Positions 37,195-49,630 of a stretch of DNA of 64,000 bases are shown in pieces; position 1 is the stretch's first letter; the number at the start of each line of letters is the position of its first letter. The notes below the pieces were generated by a model. The model was not told where the DNA came from and made no database searches. It saw only the letters and a list, made by a program, of their open reading frames with translations. A program made the translations under genes and the position numbers. The DNA is from Torpedo marmorata. Taxonomy: Eukaryota. Location of the stretch: the NCBI GenBank assembly GCA_977017645.1, contig OZ360227.1, positions 88,474,001 to 88,538,000 of the forward strand, read 5' to 3'.

Positions 37195-40100
37195 AGATCT
37201 TCTATTGAGAATATGTAATCAATGGTATAGGAGGGATGCGTCGGCGGATCTGACAGATAGAGAATGTTTAAAATTTAATTATGGCTGATTCTAGAAGTAT
37301 AAATTTTGTAAGTATTAATGTTAATGGGCTTAATAACCCAATTAAGAGGAAAAAAACTTTAGCACATATCAAAAAATTAAAAGTAGATATAGCTTTTTTA
37401 CAGGAAATGCATTTGATTGATAAAGAACATCAAAAATTAAAGAGAGAATGGGTAGGACATGTAGTAGCTTCATCTTTTAATTTTAAAGCGAGAGGAGTAG
37501 CGATTTTAATCAATAAAAAATTACCATTTAAAATACAATCAGTAGTGACGGATATAGCTGGTAGATATGTTTTAGTGCATTGTCAAATTTATTCAGAAAT
37601 ATGGACCCTTTTAAATTTATATATTACAAACCCAGAGGACGAACAATTTATTCAAGATACTTTTTTACATTTATCTGAGGCTAAGGAAAATATTTTAATT
37701 GGAGGAGATTTCAATTGTTGTCTTAATGCAAATATGGATAAAACATCTAGAACATCTGTTAGACCTAAGATAGTTAAAAGAATTATTAATTTAATGGATG
37801 ATTTAAATTTAGTAGATATTTGGAGAAAGTTAAACCCTAGAGAAAAAGATTATTCATTTTATTCCTTTCGACATAATTCATTCTCAAGGATTGATTTATT
37901 CTTAATATCTGCACAAATTCAAGATAGAATAACTCAAATTTCTTATAAAGCAAGAATAATTTCGGACCATTCACCTTTATTAATGACATGTATAATTCCA
38001 GAGAAAGAAAAAACTGTATATAACTGGAGATTAGACTCTTCTTTATTAAATAGAAAAGATTTTTGTGAATATATAAGAAAAGAAATTCAGGAATTTTTAA
38101 GAATTAATAATAATTCAGTTGAAGATAAGTTTATAATTTGGGAATCTTTAAAAGCATATTTAAGAGGATTGATAATAAGCTTCTCGGCAAAAATTAGAAA
38201 AGATTATGTGAAAGAAGAAGAAAAACTGGAGGGAGAAATTGAAGTTATGGAAAAGGATTTTCAAAGAAATAAAACAATTTCTAAGAGACAACGTTTAATT
38301 GGGAAAAAATTACATTATAATATATTACAAACTCGAAAAATAGAAAAATTAATTGGTAGAACAAAGCAAAGATATTATGAATTGGGAGAAAGAGCACATA
38401 AAGTTTTAGCATGGCAATTAAAGAAAGAACAAGTTTCTAAAACTATAAATGCTATAAAGAAAAGTTCTGGAGAAATAACTTATAAACCTCAAGAAATAAA
38501 TAATTCATTTAAAGAGTATTATCAAAATTTATATACTTCGCAAATGAATCAAGATGTTGTAAAAATTGATGATTTTTTAGCTAAAATTACATTGCCCAAA
38601 TTAAATAGTCTTAATAGAGATTTGTTAGATTTACCAATTACAATGAGAGAAGTAGGTGAGGCTTTATCATCTTTGAATAGTGGTAAATCTCCCGGTGATG
38701 ATGGATTTCCGGCAGAGTTTTATAAGAAGTTTAAAGATGTATTGATACCTATATATATGGAAGTATTAACTCAAATAAAGGAAACTCATTCATTACCGAA
38801 AACATTTTTAAATGCTATTATTACAGTTATACCAAAGAAAGATAGAGATGTATTAAAAACAGAATCGTATAGGCCTATATCATTGTTAAATGTAGATTAT
38901 AAATTAATGGCAAAAATCTTGACAAATAGACTAGCTAAGTTTTTACCATTTTTAATACATCCAGATCAAGCAGGATTTATCAAAAATAGATATTCAAAGG
39001 ATAATATAGCAAGATTAATAAGTTTGATTAATTTACAAAAAAAGAAACAGGATTTGCCGTTAGTGATAGCATTAGATGCAGAAAAAGCATTTGATAGAGT
39101 AGAATGGAAGTTTTTATTTAAGGTTTTAGAGAAGTATGGATTTGGAAATACGTTTATAAACTGGATTAAGACTATATATAAGGAACCTACAGCCAGAGTA
39201 ATTACAAATGGTCAAATATCATCTAAATTCTCTTTGACGCGGTCAACAAGACAAGGATGTCCATTGTCACCTGCTTTATTTGTATTGGCAATAGAACCGT
39301 TGGCGGAAATGATTAGGAAAGATATTAATATAAATGGGATAAAAGTTGGTGTAGAAGAGCATAAAATTAGTTTGTTTGCAGATGATGTATTAATATATAT
39401 GACAAAGTCTATTAAATCACTTCAACAATTAGATAAAATATTGAGGGATTATGGTGAAATATCTGGATATAAAATTAATTCGGATAAAAGTGAGATAATG
39501 GCTTTATCTCAAGGAGACTATACTAAATGTAAAGAAGTTACAAAATTTAAATGGACTAAAGAAGCTATTAAATATTTGGGAGTTAAAGTGGATACAAAGT
39601 TAGAAAATTTATATAAATTAAATTACATACCTTTATTTCAGAAAATAAAGAAGGATTTGGATAATTGGAAAGATTTACCCATAACTTTAATGGGAAGAGT
39701 GAATTGTATTAAAATGAATATTTTTCCAAAAGTTCAATATCTTTTTCAATCTATACCTTTTGGTATTCCTCAAAAATTTTTTAAAGATTTAAAAATTATT
39801 ATTAGAAAGTTTTTATGGAAAGGAAAATTGGCAAGAGTAAGTATGGATAAATTAACTTGGGAATACGAAATGGGTGGATTACAACTCCCTAATTTTCAAT
39901 ATTACTATAAGGCAGCACAATTAAAATTTATAAATGAACTATTTGATTTAACTAAAAATACGGCTTGGATGAATATAGAATTGAGTAATATAGGAGAAAG
40001 AAATAAGGAAGATATTATTTATAAATGGAATTCTAAATTATTATTGATTAAAAAGAAAAAGTCACCGATTATTAAACATCTATTGGAAATTTGGAATCAA

Positions 40101-41352
40101 TTAGATAATGAAATAGGACGAAAAGGATCAATTTCTTTAAATATGCCATTATATCAGAATTTATTATTACCATTTTCTATTGATAATCAATTTTTAAAAT
40201 TATGGTATCAAAAAGGAATTAAGAAGATTAAAGATTGTTTTGAGGCAGGAAGATTTGTTACTTTTTCTAGATTGAAAGAAAAATTTGGAATAATGGATAA
40301 TACAGTTTTGGCTTATTATCAAGTTAAAGGATTTTTAGTTGAGAAATTAGGGAATCAATTAATATCCCCTAGACAAGATGGGTTAGAGTTATTAATTACT
40401 AATGGAAATGTTAACAAATTTATATCGCAAATGTATAAATTACTTCAGAAAAAAATGTTTAAAGTAGGACTACATAAATCTAGATTAAATTGGGAATCAG
40501 ATCTAAACACTAGTATAGATGAACAACACTGGAAAGAACTATGTAAACTGAGTATGACTAAGATTATTAATGTTAGATATAGATTAGTACAATATAATTT
40601 TTTTCATCAATTATATATAACACCTAAAAAATTAAAAAAATTCAATTCGGCATTGTCAGATATGTGTTTTAGATGTAAAGATGAAATAGGTTCTTTTGTA
40701 CATTGTACATGGTTGTGTTTGAAAATTAAAAATTTTTGGTCTAAAGTCAAGGAATTTCTAGATAGAATTCTTAATATTACGATTCCAATGGACCCTATGA
40801 TATTTCTGTTTGGAGATATTAAAAAAATTAGTATTAGAAATAGATTGAATATGTACCAAATAGAATTTTTACGAATTGTGTTAGCAATTTCAAAAAAATG
40901 TATTGCTATTACTTGGAAATCAGATTTAGATTTAAATTTGGATAGACTACATGCAGAGTTACGCTCGTGTATACCATTGGAAAAAATTACGTATAATTTA
41001 CGAGATAAATATCATTTCTTTCTGAAAATTTGGAGCCCATATATGAGAATTATGGGTATGAATTAATTCTCTAGAAGTTAGTACCGCTGACAAAGTAACC
41101 TCCAATATACAAGTAGAGTTAGCTTGAAATAGTTTTTCTCCTCATACTAACACTAACTTTCTTAACTTTATTATTCAATCTTTTTCTTTCCTTTTAATTA
41201 ACATTTTTATACTCTATTTTCTCTTTTTATTAGATAGCGTGGGAGGGTTGGGGAGGGGAGGGTGGGAAGGGGGGGTGGTAAATATATCACATGTATTTTC
41301 AATAATATACTATTTTTTTGATATATGTATTTTGTGATTTTAAAAATTAAAT

Positions 41353-41383
<31 letters not shown>

Positions 41384-41399
41384 GATCTTCTATTGAGAA
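37195..41399 (+). mobile_element. Young 5'-truncated L1 with complete ORF2, poly(A) tail and a 17-bp TSD
   Basis: TSD AGATCTTCTATTGAGAA at 37195-37211 and 41383-41399, AATAAA at 41350, an A-tail from 41361, and no ORF1. Confidence 0.97.
37281..41066 (+). CDS. L1 ORF2p: APE endonuclease, reverse transcriptase and C-terminal Cys knuckle (1261 aa)
   Basis: EN motifs NVNGLN, FLQE, GGDFN, SRID, SDH. RT motifs YRPISLLN, LDAEKAFD, RQGCPLSP, FADD, KYLG. Knuckle CFRC-x8-H-x4-C. The frame is uninterrupted. Confidence 0.96.
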   Translation: MADSRSINFVSINVNGLNNPIKRKKTLAHIKKLKVDIAFLQEMHLIDKEHQKLKREWVGHVVASSFNFKARGVAILINKKLPFKIQSVVTDIAGRYVLVHCQIYSEIWTLLNLYITNPEDEQFIQDTFLHLSEAKENILIGGDFNCCLNANMDKTSRTSVRPKIVKRIINLMDDLNLVDIWRKLNPREKDYSFYSFRHNSFSRIDLFLISAQIQDRITQISYKARIISDHSPLLMTCIIPEKEKTVYNWRLDSSLLNRKDFCEYIRKEIQEFLRINNNSVEDKFIIWESLKAYLRGLIISFSAKIRKDYVKEEEKLEGEIEVMEKDFQRNKTISKRQRLIGKKLHYNILQTRKIEKLIGRTKQRYYELGERAHKVLAWQLKKEQVSKTINAIKKSSGEITYKPQEINNSFKEYYQNLYTSQMNQDVVKIDDFLAKITLPKLNSLNRDLLDLPITMREVGEALSSLNSGKSPGDDGFPAEFYKKFKDVLIPIYMEVLTQIKETHSLPKTFLNAIITVIPKKDRDVLKTESYRPISLLNVDYKLMAKILTNRLAKFLPFLIHPDQAGFIKNRYSKDNIARLISLINLQKKKQDLPLVIALDAEKAFDRVEWKFLFKVLEKYGFGNTFINWIKTIYKEPTARVITNGQISSKFSLTRSTRQGCPLSPALFVLAIEPLAEMIRKDININGIKVGVEEHKISLFADDVLIYMTKSIKSLQQLDKILRDYGEISGYKINSDKSEIMALSQGDYTKCKEVTKFKWTKEAIKYLGVKVDTKLENLYKLNYIPLFQKIKKDLDNWKDLPITLMGRVNCIKMNIFPKVQYLFQSIPFGIPQKFFKDLKIIIRKFLWKGKLARVSMDKLTWEYEMGGLQLPNFQYYYKAAQLKFINELFDLTKNTAWMNIELSNIGERNKEDIIYKWNSKLLLIKKKKSPIIKHLLEIWNQLDNEIGRKGSISLNMPLYQNLLLPFSIDNQFLKLWYQKGIKKIKDCFEAGRFVTFSRLKEKFGIMDNTVLAYYQVKGFLVEKLGNQLISPRQDGLELLITNGNVNKFISQMYKLLQKKMFKVGLHKSRLNWESDLNTSIDEQHWKELCKLSMTKIINVRYRLVQYNFFHQLYITPKKLKKFNSALSDMCFRCKDEIGSFVHCTWLCLKIKNFWSKVKEFLDRILNITIPMDPMIFLFGDIKKISIRNRLNMYQIEFLRIVLAISKKCIAITWKSDLDLNLDRLHAELRSCIPLEKITYNLRDKYHFFLKIWSPYMRIMGMN

Positions 41400-42234
41400 G
41401 CAAAGTGAATTTTACAATATAAATAGAGACCTGGAGTCAATTCAGAGGTTTGCTGATATCAAAAGTTCACACAAGTTTAACTGACAAGAGAAACTGAGCA
41501 GCGACGCAGCTATTTGACCTTTGCTCACCATAATTAAAGCAAATCAAATTACTAAACACTGGCAAACAGAAATGCCTTATAAATATGTCTTGCTATGAAC
41601 TGTCACACAATCACTTCCACCATTACTAATGTAAATCAAGCTGTGCTTTAAAGGAGCAATCTGTTCCAGAAAAATGTTCTTCTGTAATCTGTACAGTCAT
41701 GAGGCCAGCATTGCATGGCTCCTGCTTTGAATCAGAGACAAACTGATGTGATTTCTGAAGGTGACAAAATATTTGATGTGAGCACAAGTCAAACATAGAG
41801 TCAAACACAGTCCAGTCCTCGCAGTAATTGCATACCCAGGTGTGTGTCAAATTAACAATGAAAAAAATTAAGGTAAAAAGTGCTTAAAGTAGTGCAGAGA
41901 GAGGAGTTGTCCGAATAGAATGGATCATGGATTTCACAGTGGACCCAATGCCACTGAAGTGGGTTTGATCTTCATGCATGTTATTCAGCAATGGATTTCC
42001 AGGAAAGCCTCTGGAAATGTCAATGAATCACTGAATCTAGCAAGTTAGAAGCACAACACTGAAACATGCATCAAAAGGCATTCCAGTCGAAAGTCAAGCT
42101 ATTTGTTTCTAGAACTAGCAATCAGTCATTTGTGATTCAAATGACATTATTGTTTTCACTGTATTCCAGTTTAACTCAAAGCACCCTGATCTCCTAAATA
42201 ACTAATTCAAGCACTTCTGTTAGGAGCTTCATTT

Positions 42235-42725
42235 TCAAGTTCAAGTTCAAGTTTATTATCATCTGACTGTACATAAATTACCAGACGAAAAAGCTTTTCT
42301 CTGGACCACTGTGCACACACATACACACATAATATATTTCTCACACAACACTTAATAATCACATACATACATAGAAATATAACATAAAATAAATATGTAT
42401 AAATATTCTGGAATAAATTACTCAATTTCATTAATAAGAGACCAAAGGTTGCAGGATACGATTCATCAATCTCACAGCCTGCGGGAAGAAGCTATTTGCC
42501 AGCCTGGCAGTCCTGAATTTGATGCTCCTGTACCTCCTACCTGATGGTACCATGTCAAAAATACTGTGTGATGGATGGTAGGGATCCTTGATAATTCTTT
42601 GAGCCCTATTTAAGCAACGCTCTCGGTGAATGTCATCAATAGAAAAAAGGGAGACCCCAGTGATCTTCTTCGCTGTTTTAATGATCCTCTATATTGATTT
42701 CTGGTCTGATATTTTGCAGCTACCT
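42235..42725 (-). mobile_element. Rex1/Babar-like LINE 3' fragment with a (TTGAAC)n tail
   Basis: Homologous to 43400-43830. Confidence 0.75.
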
Positions 42726-42874
42726 TTTTTATGAAAGTCCATAATGAGTGAGATAATAATAATTGTTTAAAGGCTACATTCTAAATTAATCACAAATTAA
42801 AACGGGCAGTGAGAATGCTGAACGACCAAAGGAGCTGCTCACATTAACCATCCAAGACTCATATTCACAAATAA

Positions 42875-43056
42875 TATTTATTTATTTATTTGTATTTATT
42901 TATTTGTATGTATGAGTACCTGTCCTGTATATGTATTGTTTGCCTTGTATGTGTGTTATGTCTGGTTGTGTGTCTGCGTGTTTTGCACCGAGGACCGGAG
43001 AACACTGTTTCGTCTGGTTGTACTTGTGCAATCAGATGACAATAAACTTGACTTGA
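42875..43056 (+). mobile_element. LINE 3' UTR tip
   Basis: Ends CAATAAACTTGACTTGA and resembles the reverse complement of 42235-42330. Confidence 0.6.
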
Positions 43057-43396
43057 AAAAAATGTTAAAAACAGTTTGTTCACTATGACTCAATTCTCAG
43101 AAGAGAAACAAGTACCTTTCTTGGCAAGGCAATGTGTCAAGTATATCATGTTGTTTTGATTTATTAAATATTTCCTGGCATGAGAGAAGGTTTCCACGAT
43201 CAAGGTGCACTGCAGCAACACGGCAAGGCTCCTTTTAAAGTGTTCCATAATCCCCAACCATGTTAAAGTCCTGCACAAGGGCAACAATTAAAAGGACAAT
43301 TGGCACATCGGAATACCTTCAACTTCAAACTGGTCTTCCTCAAAAGGAGGTCAGAGTAGAAATATAAGGAAGACTCTGAGACTGCAGATGCTGGAA

Positions 43397-44420
43397 GTTC
43401 AAATTCATTTATCATCTGACTCTACACAAACAACCAGACAAAACAGCATTTCTCTGGACCACAGTGCACTCACATACACACATAATACACAGCACATAAT
43501 AATCACATAAAAATATAATATAAAATAAATATGTATGTATGTTTCAGAATAATTTACTCATTTCAATTATTAGAGACACAAGGTTACAGGATACCATTCA
43601 TCAACCTCACAGCCTGTTGTTATTTCCCAGCCTGGAAGTCCTGGTTTCGATGCTCCTATACCTCCTTCCTGATGGTAGCATGTCAAAGATCCTATGTGAT
43701 GGATGGTAGGGATCCTTGATAATTCTTTGTGCCCTATTTAAGCAAAGCTCCTGGTGAATGTCTTCAATAGCAGAAAGGGAGACCCCAGTGATCTTCTCAG
43801 CCATTTTGATTATCTTCTGCATTGACTTCTAGTCAGACGCTTTGCAGATACTGTACCACACAGTGATACAGCCAGACAGGACCCTCTCAAATGTGCTCCT
43901 GTAAAATGCTGTCATGATGGGGGCCGGTAGCCTTTCCCTCCTCAACCTCTTTAGGAAGTGTAGGCACTGCTGCAGTTTCCTGACTAAGGAGGAGGTGTTG
44001 TGGGTCAAGGATTGGTAATGTAAAGGCACTGATTTACCACAGCTTACAAACAAATAAAGAATACACTCTCTCATTTCTTTCAGCACACTATGAAGTCGAC
44101 TTTCTTTATTTTTCCCTAGACATAACATTGCATTCTTCAATTGTCCAACCACCCAGCCAAACCCCTCTGACCTACTCATTGGCTCACCGCCACACGGGTG
44201 ATCCTGACGCTCTCACTCTCCTCCTCCTGCGTCTGAGATCCATCACCCGTATACTAACACTTAACACACCTGCGCATGCACGCTATTACTCCCGTGCGTC
44301 GCTTCGCTTACGTCATCAGCGGTGACCGGCACCGCTCCCGACGAAGGTAAGTATGCAACCGTGACAGTAATCCGTTACAGGCATGCCAAGGAACTTTGAG
44401 CTCTCCACTCTCTCCGCGAC
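43397..44420 (-). mobile_element. Rex1/Babar-like LINE 3' portion interrupted by a solo LTR
   Basis: Reading ERVESSKFLGMPVTD / SLTHNTSSLVRKLQQCLHFLKRLRR continues across the 44019-44366 insertion. Confidence 0.8.
44019..44366 (-). mobile_element. Solo LTR (348 bp), probably Gypsy-type
   Basis: TGT...ACA termini and a 4-bp TSD GTAA (44015-44018, 44367-44370). Orientation is inferred from a minus-strand AATAAA near 44105. Confidence 0.85.
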
Positions 44421-44689
44421 AAATCTGGAGCAAATAAACAAACTGCAGGAGAAACTCAGCAGGTCAGGCAGCATCTGTGGAGGGAAAGAGACAATTGAGG
44501 CTTCAGATGGAGACTGCATCAGTTCAAAGGGAAGGCAGTCTTGTAAAGATTGTACAGGATGTTCGTGAGGCAGCGTTTGGAGCACAGTGTGCAGTCTTGG
44601 TCTCCTCACCGAAGAAAAGATACAGTTGCATTTGTGGCTTAAATTTTTGATCCTTGACATTTATATTGAATTTATTGGGTCTGTGCTGC

Positions 44690-44877
44690 CCAATTACACC
44701 TTGTGTCCAATTAACGTATTATCCCCGTACGTCTTTGGAATGTGCGAGGAAACTGGAGCACCCAGAGGAACTCATGCAGACACAGGGAAAATGTACAATC
44801 TCCTACAGGCAGCAGGGGATTCTAACCGGCTCACTGGCACTGTAATAGTGCTAACCGCTACGCTAACCATGCCGCCC
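44690..44877 (-). mobile_element. V-SINE-type tRNA-derived SINE
   Basis: Minus strand carries GTGTCTGCATGAGTTCCTCTGGGTGCTCCAGTTTCCTC, a V-domain-like core; homologous to the copies at 59408 and 63615. Confidence 0.7.
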
Positions 44878-45041
44878 AAATGGTTGGATTCTTGAATCTG
44901 TAATATTACAAAACTAAATAACCCGTTTGATGTGGAAGAAACTTAAAACATGGAAATAACATTTGAATGGAATTAATACTTGGAATTATAAATATTAACA
45001 GACTCTACAATGTATTAAAATATAAATTCTCCAATGTACTA

Positions 45042-45564
45042 CAGGTGCCTAACCTTTTATCCGTAATTCCGAAAACCTCCGAAAACCGAACATTTTTTCC
45101 AGTATATTTTCAGGTGTTTAGCTTAGTTTGAGCCAGTTAATGTTTGAAGTTTTACTGTATGTTTTATTTAAAAATAAAAAGTACGCTAGTAATTTTATGG
45201 TCTATCTTTATCTCACTACATTTACCACACCCCCCCCCGTCCAGCGCTGCCGTGAGCACCCCGTGAAGCTCCGCCGCGAACACCCCTGTCCAGCGCCGCC
45301 GTGAACACCCCCATCCAGCGCCGCTGCGAACACCCCCGTCCAGAGCCGCCGCAACCCCCCCCATCCAGCACCGCCGCAAACCCCCACCATCCAATGCCGC
45401 CGTCCAGAAACCCTTCCAGTTGGAGTGTGTCTTTGTTTTGCGAGAATCTAAAGCAATGCAATTATTTAAAAGTACCGCCGTTAAAATAATTCTACAATCC
45501 GAAAAAATCCGAATTCTGAAAAGTGTCCGTTCCCAAGGTTTTCGGATAAAAGGTTAGGCACCTG
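45042..45564. mobile_element. Tc1/mariner (pogo/Tigger-like) MITE, 523 bp
   Basis: Perfect 22-bp TIRs CAGGTGCCTAACCTTTTATCCG, TA on both sides, and an internal GC-rich tandem repeat of about 25 bp at 45228-45406. Confidence 0.9.
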
Positions 45565-45797
45565 TATAATACATGCATCACCTTTAGCATACTTTAAAAA
45601 AAAACTTTTCACAAAGCAAATCACTGCCTATGCTAGAAATCTTAAGTAAATATTTTGTTTTTGTCAGTTTTTCACCATCTACAATTGTTTGCTTTTCAAT
45701 TCTGATATTCTAGATTGTTTGAACCCTATATTTTCTGCTTCAGAGCTGTGCAAAGAGTGAAGCAGAATTAGTTACCAGAATCATAGATCATGTAGAT

Positions 45798-47650
45798 CAT
45801 CAGATCATCCTTTTTTTGGGGAATATTTTATTTAAATTTTTTAATAATACAATTTTATCCCATCCCTTCTCCCCCTCCCCCCAACCCCCCCCCACAAAAT
45901 ATGCATTTATATCACAAATATCTATAAGTATAAAAAAAAGAAAATAGAAAGAAAAGAGAAAAAATAAATTTTTGGATTGCATAGAGGAGCACCGCTCGTG
46001 ACACATCTCAACATATATAAATACATTTAGAGGATGATCTCACAGTTCTGGAGGTGTTTAAAACCTCTTTACAAATTTAATCTCATTATTTGGGTATACG
46101 GGCACCATATTTGCAAAAAAGTGGAATATTTATTCCTCAAGTTTTATGTAATTTTTTCCAAAGGAATACAACTTTGAATTTCAGCATGCCACCTTTGCAT
46201 ATCCAAAGATGTATCGGATTTCCAAGTCACAGCAATACATTTCCTCGCTACTGCTAAAGCTAATTTAACAAATACCAATTGATAATTTGACAGTTTCAAT
46301 TTAGGTCTTGCACCCTCATTATTCCCTAAAAGAGCTAAATCGGGGGTTTGTGGAAATACAATTCCTGTAACTTGTTCTAAAAAAATTTGTATACCTTCCA
46401 AACATTACCCATTTCAATCCCTCAGAATTTTTTTCAAGAATCAAATAAATATGTAAGAAAATTTCTATGGAAAGATAAAATGTCAAGAGTTTCTATGGAA
46501 AGATTAACTTGGAAATATGAATTAGGAGGTTTACAACTTCCTAATTTTAAAAATTACTATCGAGCTGCTCAAATGAGATTTCTTGCATCTTTTTTCGAAG
46601 AAACAAAAGTAGTGTGGGTAAATATAGAACTGAACAAGATAGGAGAAAAGATTGCAGAAGATTTTATTTATAAATGGGAACCGAAATTAATAACTGCTGC
46701 TAAAGATACACCATTATTGAAACACCTACTTAATATATGGAATAAAATAAAAGATGAAGTTGGAATAAAGGGATATATATCGCCTAAAACGCCACTAAAT
46801 CAAAATCCATTTATAGTTTTTTCAAGAGATAATCAATTTTTGCATATTTGGCACCGTAATGGGATTGTAAATCTTGAAGATTGTTATGAAAGAGGTCAAT
46901 TAATGTCATTTCTACAGTTGAGGAACAAATATGCCATACCACAAAATACTTTTTTAAATTTCCAATTAAAAGCATATCTGAGAGATAAATTGGGACCAAC
47001 TATGTCTTTACCTAGATGTAATGAAGTCGAACATTTGATTAGGAGAGGAATTGTTAAAAAATTTACTTCTAAGATTTATGAACTACTACAAGCTGGAGCT
47101 CCTAAACAAGGGTTAAATAGATCTCGACAGAGATGGGAAACAGATTTAAATATTACAATTGATCAACAACTATGGGAAAATCTATGTAAAGACTCTATGA
47201 CTAATACTATAAATGTAAGATATAGATTAGTTCAATATAATTTTTTGCATCAGTTATATCTGACACCACAGAAGTTACATAAAATAAAACCAGAATTATC
47301 TGACCAATGTTTTAGATGTGGTGAAGATGTAGGTTCTTTTATACATTCAACTTGGTCTTGCCCCAAGGTAAAAACCTTTTGGTTAGTTAGCATTTCAAGT
47401 CAAGGATGATGCCATTGACGGAAGGTGATTATACACATTGTCAGACAGGTACTCAGTTTAAATGGCCAAAAGAGGGTATTAAATACTTAGGTATACGTAC
47501 AGATAGTAATTTGAAAAATTTATATAAATTGAATTATTTATTATTACAAAAAAATTGATGAAGATTTTAAAAAATGGATTAATTTACCTATAACCTTAGT
47601 CGGAAGAGTTAATTGTATAAAGATGAATATATTTCCATCAGATCATCCTT
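45798..47650 (-). mobile_element. Rearranged L1 insertion (3' end on minus, two inverted segments on plus) with a 15-bp TSD
   Basis: TSD CATCAGATCATCCTT at 45798-45812 and 47636-47650. ORF2 pieces at 46144-46401 (-), about 46396-47382 (+) and about 47408-47637 (+). Confidence 0.92.
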
Positions 47651-48919
47651 GACTTGAATGCTAACTGTGTTTCTCTCTCTGCATTTGCATTTCCAGCATT
47701 TCCTGTTTTCTTTTTTTTTTAACTAATCCCGCATAATTGAATCAGTTTTAAATAACTCACTGACTAGGCAAGTACATTGAGAAAAATGGACTCAGCCAAA
47801 ACATGTACCATTGCGAAAGTGTGTTGCAATAATACTTTTATCCTTAGAAATTAAAATTAAGACTCTCCAAGTGGAGAAGAAAATGAACTTGAAAATTATA
47901 GACAGTTGATATTTGAAAACAGTTAAATTAAGTGTAGAAAAAAAACCCAGTGGATGTTGAAAATCTGAAATGAAAGAAGATGGTGCCAGAAAAACTCAGC
48001 AAGTCAGGCAGCATCTGTGGAGAGAGAAACAATATTGCAGGCCAATGACTCTTCATCAGAACTGGAGGTGACGAAAACAAGTGCATTGCAGGTTGCAGTG
48101 AGGGGGAAGGACGCAGGGACCAGAGGGGTGGTCGGATGTAGGCCATGGTTGTCCAGGTGACACAATGCTTTCAGAGTCATCTGTTTAATAGTTCAGTGAG
48201 GACAATGAGAGAGTGAGAATCAAAAATAAACAAGAGACCATGTCAAAACTACAAGGTACAGAACACAACAGCTGCTGGAAATATGAAACTGAGGAGAATG
48301 CTGGAAATGGTCAACCTCTGTGAGGAGAGGAAAACTAGATCAGAACTGCTTAGTTGTCAGTTATTGGAGATTATTGAATTCTATATTGAGTCCCAAGCTT
48401 TGCAAATTGTCTGAACAGAAGATAAGACATTGTTCCTCAAGCTTACATTGTTTAATAATATTTGACATAATCCTTCACTGGAAGAGACCCATGTGTTAGA
48501 TGCACTATAGTCTTAGTACCACACCCCGTGACATGTAACAGTTTAATATTTTACAAGCCAATCCGCCAACATCCTCTGGGGATTACCACTTTATTGGCCA
48601 TTTAAATGTTATGGTTCCAAGTGCAGCTCAAAATCCTGCAGTGAGATCACTTCCTGGTTGCTCAAAGCCTTTACCTGCAAGGCACAATTCAGTGCCTGAG
48701 CAATCCTCATTTGCCTGAGCAAGTCCTGCTCCAACAATACGACACACCTATCAGCATTCAGGATAAAGCTTGACTGGCACCCCGATACAACCCTCCACTC
48801 TCAGTGTACTGTGCATACGTCATCTACAAGGTGCTGTGCAAGGTTTCTCTGACAGCAATTTATAAATCTGTAACCACACCCACTTGGAAAGATAAGGCAC
48901 ATCGGAACACCTTCAACTT

Positions 48920-49630
48920 CAATTTGGCCTTTAACACAAAGAGATCAGAATACAAAGGTAAGGAAGTCTTGCTGAGTGTATATAGGACTTTGTAGCACAA
49001 TGTACAGATCTGGTCTCCTTACCTAGAAAAGATGGAGTTGCCTTGGAGTCAGTGCAGTCTAGAATCACCAGATAGATCCTTGGGATGAGGGAACTTTCCA
49101 GTGGAGGAGAGACTGAGTAAACCTGGCATACACAGAAGGATGGCATGTGATATGAGATTCTGGGAGGGATTGATGAGGTAGAACCCAAGAGGTTGTTTCC
49201 ATCAGCTGGGGTGACTGTAACTAGTGGGCAGTGACTCTTGATAAGAGGCCAGGAATTCAGAACTGTGATGGGTTGATACTTCCTCAAGCAGGGAACTGTA
49301 AAATGTTGGAGTGCTTTGCCTTAAGAGGACTACATATGCCCAGTCATTGTGTAAGTTCAAAGCTGAGTTCAAGCTCTGAGTTCAAGTTCAAGGAGAAATG
49401 TTCAAAGGGAACTTTGGGGGAACTTCTTCACGCAGAGAGTGGTGAGAGTGTGGAATGAGCTTCCTGCTGAAGTGGTGAATGCGGGCTCCATTTTGACATT
49501 TAAGAAAAATTTGATTAGGAACATGGATGGGAGGGGTATGGATGGCTATGGTCTGGGTGCTGGTAATTGGGACGAGACAGAATACTAGTTTGGGATAGAC
49601 CAGATGGGCTGAAGGGCTTTTTTCTGTGCT
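48920..49630 (+). mobile_element. CR1 3' fragments (an old piece plus a younger 3' end at about 49390-49630)
   Basis: EYKGKEVLLSVYRTL; ttcttcacgcagagagtggtgagagtgtggaatgagct...ctctatggttct. Confidence 0.7.

Noticed and set aside
44343-44354. ATACTTACCT resembling the U1 snRNA 5' end
   Set aside because: Only about 10 nt match; it is the complement of a splice-donor consensus inside an LTR.
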